From Opitutales bacterium (GTDB taxonomy: Bacteria; Verrucomicrobiota; Verrucomicrobiia; Opitutales; PNEW01): a stretch of DNA of 32,000 bases. Shown in pieces: positions 26,528-32,000 of this stretch. How positions within the stretch are numbered: the first letter of the stretch is position 1; every line of letters starts with the position of its first letter. The DNA lies in assembly GCA_965219535.1 (NCBI GenBank), contig CBDCNV010000002.1:450001-482000 (forward strand). Reading direction: 5' to 3'. Position numbers and translations under genes: made by a program. A model generated the notes under the pieces. The model was given only the letters and a program-made list of their open reading frames with translations, was not told where the DNA came from and did not search any database.

Positions 26528-27544
26528 TCACTGTTTACTGTTCACTGATCTTCTTAGCGGTGAGCTGAACGAAGCGGAGGGTTTTCGAACGTTAGGTGTT
26601 CCTCGCTCTTTCAAAGCCTTATCGATGCGTGCGAATTGTTCGGGAGTTAACTTCCAGCCCATGGCGCCGGCGTTTTCATTATTCTGCGCGGGTCGCTTGG
26701 CGCCAGTCAAAGCAACGGTGATGCCGGGTTGATGAATCGTCCAGTTAAGCACTAACTGGACCACCGTCTTTTCTGCGTCTTCGGCAATACCCTTAAGCTT
26801 ATCGACGAGATCCAGGTTTTTCTGATACTCCTCTCCCTGGAACATGGGGTACTTCGCGCGATTGTCTTCGGGGGGAAAGTAACGATCGCGTTTCAGTTTA
26901 CCCGCCAGCAACCCCAGCATGATTGGCCAGTAAACCATCACTGAAATGTTGCGTTCGCGGCACCAGGGTAGGGTGTCATTTTCTATATCCCGCACGAGCA
27001 TGTTGTAAGGCGGCTGGTAGGCGGAGATCGGACAGACGGCATGAATTTCTTCAAGTTCCGACACCGTCATGTTCGATGCGCCGACACTCAGTGTTTTACC
27101 TTCTTCCATCAGCTCTTTCAACGCGCCGGCAGATTCCGCGGGTGGCACGTTGGGATCGGGGGTGTGAAGATAGAGCAGCTCGACGCGATCGGTGTTCAAT
27201 CGCTGCAGACTAATTTCACACTGACGTTTCAATGTCTCCGGACGCCCATCGCGGTCCTGTCGACCTTCATCATTCCAGTGAAAGCCGCCCTTGGTTGCGA
27301 TGATCATCTCATCGCGGCGGTTCCCGAGGGCCTGTGCGATCAGTTTCTCACTTTCACCGTTAGGACCGTACATGTAAGCGGTATCGATAAAATTTATTCC
27401 GTTATCAAAACAGGATTCGACCGCTGCCAGGCTGTCGGTGTCGTTAACATCGAAAGTATTTATTCCCGTAATCGGCCAGCCTCCAAAAGCAATCGGGGAG
27501 ACTTCAATTCCGGTATTTCCAATCTGGCGATGTTCCATGAGCAT
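26528..27544 (-). CDS. Aldo/keto reductase
   Basis: 338 aa. The motifs GNTGIEVSPIAFGGWPI, FIDTAYMYG, IIATKGG and LLYLHTPD give the catalytic D/Y/K/H contexts. The start may be the third codon (MEHRQIG). Confidence 0.9.
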   Translation of the reverse strand: MLMEHRQIGNTGIEVSPIAFGGWPITGINTFDVNDTDSLAAVESCFDNGINFIDTAYMYGPNGESEKLIAQALGNRRDEMIIATKGGFHWNDEGRQDRDGRPETLKRQCEISLQRLNTDRVELLYLHTPDPNVPPAESAGALKELMEEGKTLSVGASNMTVSELEEIHAVCPISAYQPPYNMLVRDIENDTLPWCRERNISVMVYWPIMLGLLAGKLKRDRYFPPEDNRAKYPMFQGEEYQKNLDLVDKLKGIAEDAEKTVVQLVLNWTIHQPGITVALTGAKRPAQNNENAGAMGWKLTPEQFARIDKALKERGTPNVRKPSASFSSPLRRSVNSKQ

Positions 27545-27598
27545 TTAAGGTTTTAAGTATTCAACCCGTTAAAGACCTCGTCAAGAGAAGAAGGGATT

Positions 27599-27626
27599 CA
27601 CCGCAGAGACGCAAAGGACGCTGAGG
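27599..27626 (+). repeat. ACCGCAGAG-type GC-rich element (CACCGCAGAGACGCAAAGGACGCTGAGG)
   Basis: It pairs as an inverted repeat with 27690-27705 (GCGTCCTCTGCGGTTA). Related copies lie at 28757-28775 and 29099-29127. Confidence 0.65.
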
Positions 27627-27658
27627 ATTTTAATTTAGGGTTTTCTTAAACTGATTTT

Positions 27659-27686
27659 CAATCGGCAATCGCAAATCGACAATTGA
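27659..27686 (+). repeat. Tandem heptamers CAATCGG CAATCGC AAATCGA CAATTGA
   Basis: Read directly. It lies between the two arms of the ACCGCAGAG inverted pair and is related to the heptamers at 26442-26469. Confidence 0.7.
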
Positions 27687-27689
27687 AAT

Positions 27690-27705
27690 GCGTCCTCTGC
27701 GGTTA
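27690..27705 (-). repeat. ACCGCAGAG-type element, inverted arm
   Basis: The reverse complement is TAACCGCAGAGGACGC. Confidence 0.6.
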
Positions 27706-27720
27706 CTAAAACAACCTTCC

Positions 27721-28704
27721 TCAGTCACCCTCGTCAATCGCCTGCATTAACGCATGCAGGTAACCGTAGCAGTAGGCGAATCCGACGCGATCTGCTTCAT
27801 CACCGGCAATGCCTGGCACATGGTCTGGCATAACCATGTAGGGGTACCCCACTTCTTTGTAGAGGCGCAACGCTTTTAACATGTCCACCGCACCCTCGTC
27901 CGGGAACACTTCAACGAAATCGAGATAACCGCCCTGAATGTTGCGGAAGTGAATATTAAAAATCTTATTCCGTTCACCGAAGTATCGAATGATCTCGTAG
28001 ATCTCTTCACCTGGATTTGTCAGCATCTCCGAGACCGTTCCCTGGCAAAAATTTAATCCGTGATAGGGATTCTCGTGCATGGCGATAAATTTCTTAAGGT
28101 CATCGACCGTCCCCAACACCCGGGCAACACCCCGGTAAGTGTGATCACCGATCCCGGGGTCCAGCGAATGGCAGGCCATTTGCATCTTGTGCTCTTCGGC
28201 CACCGGGATCACCCGTTCCAGCCAGTGGTCGATGCGTTCCCACATCGTGTCCGCATCCGCAGCTCCTCCTTCGAATTCACCCAAGGTCTGATCCAATTTG
28301 TCGTACTCAAAAGAGGAGAGCTTAGCGCCGCCCCGGCCGTAACGCGATTGTGTTCTCAGAATTCCGAGAATCGTAATGTTATAGTTCAGGCCGCGCAAGC
28401 CGGCCGCCGATGCCATCTGAATTATTTCGCAAACACCATCGATCTCGCGCTCGCGCCCAGGGCTCGGACTGAGAAATACATGGGGCATATCCGTTTCAAA
28501 TGCGGGTCGAGAACTAACGGGGATGTGTATCATTTCCACCGCAATTCCGTGTTTGGCGTACTTCTCCCGCATCGCGATTAAGGAATCGGTTGTCCATTCT
28601 CTCCAAGACCCCTGCGGAGTAACGTCGACATGCTCGACGCCCAACTGGGCTAATTGCTTAATATCCGTTTCGTGACGGTCGGTGTACTGCGTGCCTATGT
28701 ACAT
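27721..28704 (-). CDS. UxuA-like (mannonate-dehydratase family) TIM-barrel enzyme
   Basis: 327 aa. The blocks FCQGTVSEM, NIHFRNIQG, FVEVFPDEGAVDMLKALRLYKEVGYPYMVMPDHVPG resemble the C-terminal half of UxuA-type dehydratases. This is a motif-level call only, and the xylose-isomerase-like fold in general is the alternative. Confidence 0.5.
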   Translation of the reverse strand: MYIGTQYTDRHETDIKQLAQLGVEHVDVTPQGSWREWTTDSLIAMREKYAKHGIAVEMIHIPVSSRPAFETDMPHVFLSPSPGREREIDGVCEIIQMASAAGLRGLNYNITILGILRTQSRYGRGGAKLSSFEYDKLDQTLGEFEGGAADADTMWERIDHWLERVIPVAEEHKMQMACHSLDPGIGDHTYRGVARVLGTVDDLKKFIAMHENPYHGLNFCQGTVSEMLTNPGEEIYEIIRYFGERNKIFNIHFRNIQGGYLDFVEVFPDEGAVDMLKALRLYKEVGYPYMVMPDHVPGIAGDEADRVGFAYCYGYLHALMQAIDEGD

Positions 28705-28756
28705 GCTATTGTCTCTTTAAAAGAAATAGGGCGTAATATGCAATTACGGATTGATC

Positions 28757-28775
28757 CACCGCAGAGCCGCGGAGA
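28757..28775 (+). repeat. ACCGCAGAG-type element (CACCGCAGAGCCGCGGAGA)
   Basis: It is inverted relative to 29099-29127, and the two bracket the 438-nt ThuA/UxuA-like spacer. Confidence 0.6.
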
Positions 28776-28800
28776 ATACTATAAGAAATAAGATATATAT

Positions 28801-28979
28801 AGATTAGGTGAATTGTGGTATTTGATCGCATTTTTATCCCGCCCGCATCTACGGGTGGGACTGAACGGATATATCCTACCACGTTTTTTTAAATCCCTAT
28901 TTAAAAAAAGTGGTAGGGAAAATCCGACGCTCGGCTATTGCTGAGCTATTACGACCAAACAACACAATTCACCTAATCT
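28801..28979. repeat. 179-bp MITE-like element with perfect 17-bp terminal inverted repeats
   Basis: - **Terminal repeats:** AGATTAGGTGAATTGTG (28801-28817) against CACAATTCACCTAATCT (28963-28979). Pairing extends inward by about 10 more nt with two mismatches.
- **Internal hairpins:** CCCGCCCG-N6-CGGGTGGG, and CCTACCAC(G)TTTTTTTAAA-N6-TTTAAAAAAAGTGGTAGG. Confidence 0.6.
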
Positions 28980-29063
28980 TCTTTCAGCCCTGAAATATTC
29001 TTTAATACTCTACTTTTTCCTGATTTCCTGAGTTCTAAATTCCTAAACCTCTTCCTCATATTG

Positions 29064-29093
29064 TATTCGCGTCTATTCGTGTTCATTCGTGGT
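29064..29093 (+). repeat. Three tandem 10-mers TATTCGCGTC TATTCGTGTT CATTCGTGGT
   Basis: Read directly. It lies immediately before the ACCGCAGAG-type element at 29099. Confidence 0.7.
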
Positions 29094-29098
29094 TAAAT

Positions 29099-29127
29099 CC
29101 TCCGCGATCTCCGCGCCTCTGCGGTTA
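29099..29127 (-). repeat. ACCGCAGAG-type element, inverted arm
   Basis: The reverse complement is TAACCGCAGAGGCGCGGAGATCGCGGAGG. Confidence 0.6.
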
Positions 29128-29142
29128 AAAGTACATCATTTT

Positions 29143-29817
29143 TCAAATTCTCCCCGCCACCCACTGAATACCGCGGGAGACAATGGTGCGGAATTGAGGA
29201 TGGGAAAAAGCGGTGTTATCATGGCCGGATTGGTAACAGAAGACCCGGGCCTTCTTAAATTTACGTGCCCAGGCAATCGTATTCATGCTCTTGGGATGAT
29301 TTGCGGTTATGAGAATATCAGAGCCATCACCCGCGTCATTCATCTCGTAAGTTTCTTCTACCATTTCCCAATTGGAGAGTCCACGAGTGATAGGGTGTTC
29401 AGCGTTGACAACTTCAAAGTTCATTTTTTCGCCCGCTGCTGAACCGAATATATTGCGATCCTCAATGCCACAGATTTCAGACCAGAACGGCCAGTCGGGA
29501 AAGGCGAGGATGGCATGGTGGAGAACAAAAATACCCTGTTCTGTTTCTCCCAGTTTTTCCAATGCTTCCCTTCTTCCCTTTTCATACCAGCGGTATTCGT
29601 GACCCGGGGTGGGTTGATGAAAAATATAGAATACTACAACATCGTACTGTTCGTTTGCGTTTTCGCGGTTGGCGACAAAGTCGTTTAAATCCTGGGGATA
29701 AAAATCCACTTCGGGCATACTGCGAAAGGCCGCGTGAAAGGTGGGGACATCGAATGAATGTACCCCCGTAACAACCGCGGTTTTAATTTTTTCCCCGGTG
29801 TGATTATTATCGGGCAT
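29143..29817 (-). CDS. ThuA-domain protein (class-I glutamine-amidotransferase-like fold)
   Basis: 224 aa. It has YDVVVFY, GIFVLHHAILAF, and YQSGHDNTAFSHPQFRTIVSRGIQWVAG (the characteristic ThuA C-terminus). Confidence 0.8.
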   Translation of the reverse strand: MPDNNHTGEKIKTAVVTGVHSFDVPTFHAAFRSMPEVDFYPQDLNDFVANRENANEQYDVVVFYIFHQPTPGHEYRWYEKGRREALEKLGETEQGIFVLHHAILAFPDWPFWSEICGIEDRNIFGSAAGEKMNFEVVNAEHPITRGLSNWEMVEETYEMNDAGDGSDILITANHPKSMNTIAWARKFKKARVFCYQSGHDNTAFSHPQFRTIVSRGIQWVAGRI

Positions 29818-29866
29818 CTACAGTATCATTGTTCATAGGATTTGATATAAATCCAGCTCTAAGGAA

Positions 29867-30820
29867 TTACCCCTGCCAGGAGAAAACGGTTCCGAGAAGT
29901 TCGTGCGGTCGATCGCGTAATTTTTCATAAATACTACCCGCCTTGTCGAGAGTGACGACATCGCGGATCAATGGACCGATCTCTACTGCGCCCCGCTGGA
30001 CCCGGCGACAGAGATTGACAAGATCATCCTTACTGAAACTTCCGGTTTGTTTGATCGTCAGTTCTTTATTTTGTCCCTCACCGAAAGTGTAATTTACTTT
30101 AAAGCGGCCGCCCATAAGAATTATCCGGCCCTTTATCCTGATCGCATCGATAAACTGATCCTCCATATCCGGCACACCGGCGACATCAATCACCACATCA
30201 AACGAATCATTGGGTATATGCTTACTCCAATTGTCTCCCGATACGTCGTAAACTTCTTCCGCAGCTCCGATCTTGTGGGCGAGATCTATACGCTTTTCAT
30301 CAATATCGCAGGCGGTCACTTTTGCTCCCATCGAGTTTGCAATCTGCGAGGCGATCTGTCCGATACAACCCAGGCCAACAATCAGCACGCGCTCACCGAT
30401 TTGCACATCGATAGTAGAACAAGTATTCATCGCCACGCTGGCCATCCCGAAGAGAGCGGCGTGTTTCGGGTCTATCTCCGGTGGAATTGCGATCAGCTTT
30501 GCATCTTCCGGGACGACTGCATACTCTGTGTGCGGGGTGGCCATGTATAAAAACTGGCCCACTTTCCATTTTTTAACATCGGGGCCTGTCTCAATTACCC
30601 GTGCAATGGTCTGATATCCCATGCCGCAGGGAAGGGATGTGTCCTTGGGCGCATAATTTCCCCGCACGTGAAAATTGCGTTCCGTGCCATTAGTGACACC
30701 CGAGTAAACGGTCTCTGTTCTGATCTGGTTACCGACCGGTTTTCCCGGGTCCGGCCAATCGGTTACCAATGCTCCCTCTCTTTTGCCGTCTGCATTGAGC
30801 CTGGTAACGAGCGCTTTCAT
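29867..30820 (-). CDS. Medium-chain dehydrogenase/reductase (BchC-like subgroup, no obvious catalytic-zinc Cys motif)
   Basis: It has MKALV..., YSGVTNGTERN (the SG.S.GTE motif of the BchC-like MDR group), and the LIVGLGCIGQI Rossmann motif. I prefer the ATG at 30820 over the ORF-track start at 30877. Confidence 0.75.
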   Translation of the reverse strand: MKALVTRLNADGKREGALVTDWPDPGKPVGNQIRTETVYSGVTNGTERNFHVRGNYAPKDTSLPCGMGYQTIARVIETGPDVKKWKVGQFLYMATPHTEYAVVPEDAKLIAIPPEIDPKHAALFGMASVAMNTCSTIDVQIGERVLIVGLGCIGQIASQIANSMGAKVTACDIDEKRIDLAHKIGAAEEVYDVSGDNWSKHIPNDSFDVVIDVAGVPDMEDQFIDAIRIKGRIILMGGRFKVNYTFGEGQNKELTIKQTGSFSKDDLVNLCRRVQRGAVEIGPLIRDVVTLDKAGSIYEKLRDRPHELLGTVFSWQG

Positions 30821-30885
30821 AATTGTAATCTTCGTCTTCGTCTTCCACTTGTAGGTTACCCCGCGATGATAAGACAACCTTTAGA

Positions 30886-31051
30886 GTCCTTCCGAGAATG
30901 GGTCAATAGAACTCATCGGAGGAAGGACTGGAAAAAGCTTTCAACAGTGTCTACTGTTGAGAGTGCCAGGAACTCCCGACTCCTTACAAGGGGAGCCGGG
31001 AGCAAATCGGAAGAGTTCATTCTGCCTCTGGAACCCGCGTTAGCGGAGTTC
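30886..31051 (+). ncRNA. Candidate IS110-family bridge (guide) RNA region: four consecutive stem-loops in the non-coding left end
   Basis: The stems are:
- GTCCTTCC 30886-30893 / GGAAGGAC 30921-30928.
- TCAACAGT 30941-30948 / ACTGTTGA 30953-30960.
- CTCCCG 30973-30978 / CGGGAG 30997-31002, with an inner CTCCT 30980-30984 / GGGAG 30991-30995.
- GAACCCGC 31031-31038 / GCGG-A-GTTC 31043-31051.

The extent and strand are inferred, not measured. Confidence 0.35.
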
Positions 31052-31155
31052 AAGACGAAGCCTAGGAACCTCCGATCTAACCTGGCTAATCTCAAACAAT
31101 TGAAAGAGCCCGGATTATACCACCGCGAGCCCATCTTGACAAGACGGAGATAGCC

Positions 31156-31980
31156 ATGAATGAAAAAAAACACACCCTCATCGCCATAGATATAGCCAAA
31201 GAGACCTTGCAGGTGCAAAGTGCAAGCCAAAGTTACGGTCTCAGTAACAACAACACAGGACACAAAAAACTGCTCAAAGGGCTGAGAAAGATGTATGCCC
31301 CCTTTGTGGTGTGCGAAGCCACCGGAGGCTACGAGCGCGCCTTATTGGCGGCTTTGCATGAAGCGCAGATAGCGGTGTGCCTGATTAACCCTGCGCGGGT
31401 ACGTGCCTTCGCCACGAGCGATGGCATCCGTGCAAAAACCGATAAGATCGATGCCAAGGTGCTGCTGCGCTTTGCTCAGCAAAAGAACTTGAAGGCCATG
31501 GTTGCTCCCACAAAGCAACAACAACAGATGACTGCCTTACTGGACCGGCGCCATCATCTGAGTGAACAGCTTGGCCGGGAGAAGAACCGCTTGCAGAACA
31601 GTCCGAAAATAATCCACCGCTCGATCCAGGGCATGATCAGTTTCGTTCAGAACGAAATCGAGAATGTCGACCAACAGCTGCGATTGCTCATCAACGAGCA
31701 TGATCTGCTGCGCGCCCAAGCCCAACTGCTCACTTCAGTCAAAGGAGTCGGGGAAGTGACTACCTGGACCCTCCTCGCTTATCTGAGTGAAATGACTCAT
31801 CTCAAGCGCAATCGGATGGTCGCCCTTGCCGGACTCGCTCCCTATAACCGCGACAGTGGCAAGACCCACTCTAAGCGATCGATAAAAGGAGGGCGTGCCA
31901 AAGTCAGAAAATGTCTCTATATGGCTGCGCGCACCGCGGCTCAACATAACCCTGTGATCAAACCTTATGTGCAAAGGTAG
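31156..31980 (+). CDS. IS110-family transposase/recombinase (DEDD RuvC-like N-domain + Tnp C-domain), apparently frameshifted near its 3' end
   Basis: The motifs LIAIDIAKE, VVCEATGGYE, KTDKIDAKVL, VKGVGEVTTWTLLAYL and YNRDSGKTHSKRSIKGGRAKVR are present, and GGAG lies 7 nt before the ATG. The stop at 31978-31980 falls inside the expected conserved ...QRL..RG.P.KVA... segment. Confidence 0.85.
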   Translation: MNEKKHTLIAIDIAKETLQVQSASQSYGLSNNNTGHKKLLKGLRKMYAPFVVCEATGGYERALLAALHEAQIAVCLINPARVRAFATSDGIRAKTDKIDAKVLLRFAQQKNLKAMVAPTKQQQQMTALLDRRHHLSEQLGREKNRLQNSPKIIHRSIQGMISFVQNEIENVDQQLRLLINEHDLLRAQAQLLTSVKGVGEVTTWTLLAYLSEMTHLKRNRMVALAGLAPYNRDSGKTHSKRSIKGGRAKVRKCLYMAARTAAQHNPVIKPYVQR

Positions 31981-32000
31981 TCGATCGGGGAATGCCTTAC

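Larger units (their letters stand above)
30886..32000 (+). mobile_element. IS110-family insertion sequence, partial (right end beyond window, left boundary uncertain)
   Basis: A DEDD-type transposase ORF is preceded by about 270 nt of structured non-coding DNA. IS110-family elements lack classical terminal inverted repeats, so the left end cannot be fixed from one copy. Confidence 0.6.

Noticed and set aside
26415-26732. 105-aa plus-strand ORF next to the IS481 right end
   Set aside because: The N-terminal part translates the heptamer array (QSAIRNPHS). The rest is antisense to the well-supported aldo-keto reductase gene.
1792-30614. Many 60-170-aa ORFs antisense to or out of frame within large genes. 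Examples are 1792-2109, 2317-2566, 4440-4712, 5037-5380, 6966-7163, 7636-8004, 8194-8436, 10700-10903, 11500-11933, 13664-14184, 15606-16110, 16760-17276, 17502-18835, 19320-19604, 20449-21284, 22025-22454, 23294-24247, 25270-26065, 26923-27556, 28060-28581, 29089-29771 and 30047-30614
   Set aside because: Each lies wholly or mostly inside a longer ORF with clear family motifs. None shows a recognisable domain. I treat them as shadow ORFs.
31136-31141. A TTGACA -35-like box just upstream of the IS110 recombinase
   Set aside because: It lies only 14 nt before the ATG, so a matching -10 would fall inside the coding sequence. It cannot be the promoter for this ORF as it stands.
30668-31263. 161-aa (plus) and 116-aa (minus) ORFs covering the IS110 left end
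   Set aside because: They are mutually overlapping and overlap the dehydrogenase or transposase genes. They are low-complexity or Arg-rich with no motifs. The region is better explained as structured non-coding DNA.
25055-32000. Composite transposon formed by the two IS elements
   Set aside because: The two elements belong to different families (IS481 DDE and IS110 DEDD) with unrelated ends, so they cannot act as a matched pair.

Overview
This is a gene-dense 32-kb chromosomal window with about 29 credible protein genes. I saw no rRNA, tRNA, CRISPR array or cas gene.

- **Left and centre (1-20 kb):** scattered metabolic genes. These are an M20 amidohydrolase (5' end outside the window), a DsbA-like oxidoreductase, an HpcH/HpaI aldolase, three PhyH-type Fe(II)/2OG oxygenases, a D-2-hydroxyacid dehydrogenase, a ThDP enzyme divergent from an enolase-superfamily enzyme, and an HD-domain protein. 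There are also small secreted or membrane proteins (HMA, Sel1, an S24/S26-like lipoprotein, two TM2, GYD), and a TPR protein next to a hybrid histidine kinase with two receiver domains.
- **Right third:** a long minus-strand sugar/sugar-acid style cluster. It runs MDR dehydrogenase, ThuA, UxuA-like, aldo-keto reductase, two tandem paralogous Na+/solute symporters, then a metallophosphoesterase.
- **IS elements:** the cluster is split by an IS481-family element. At its upstream end it abuts an IS110-family element that runs off the window. The non-coding left end of that IS110 folds into four consecutive hairpins, making it a candidate bridge RNA.
- **Intergenic repeats:** the spacers are rich in short structured repeats.
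  - A four-helix-bundle (23S rRNA IVS-protein/Avd-like) gene is bracketed by inverted arrays of degenerate 8-nt repeats.
  - A roughly 290-bp inverted-repeat element has a third partial copy 15 kb away.
  - GGAGGG-hairpin elements carry compensatory stem changes.
  - ACCGCAGAG-type inverted pairs bracket two spacers.
  - 7-nt and 10-nt tandem arrays occur near the aldo-keto reductase and ThuA genes.
  - One 179-bp MITE-like element has perfect 17-bp terminal inverted repeats.
- **Likely source:** the gene content and repeat style resemble marine Planctomycetes-Verrucomicrobia-Lentisphaerae type genomes. This is a low-confidence inference.

All product calls rest on motifs read from the translations. 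No database search was run.
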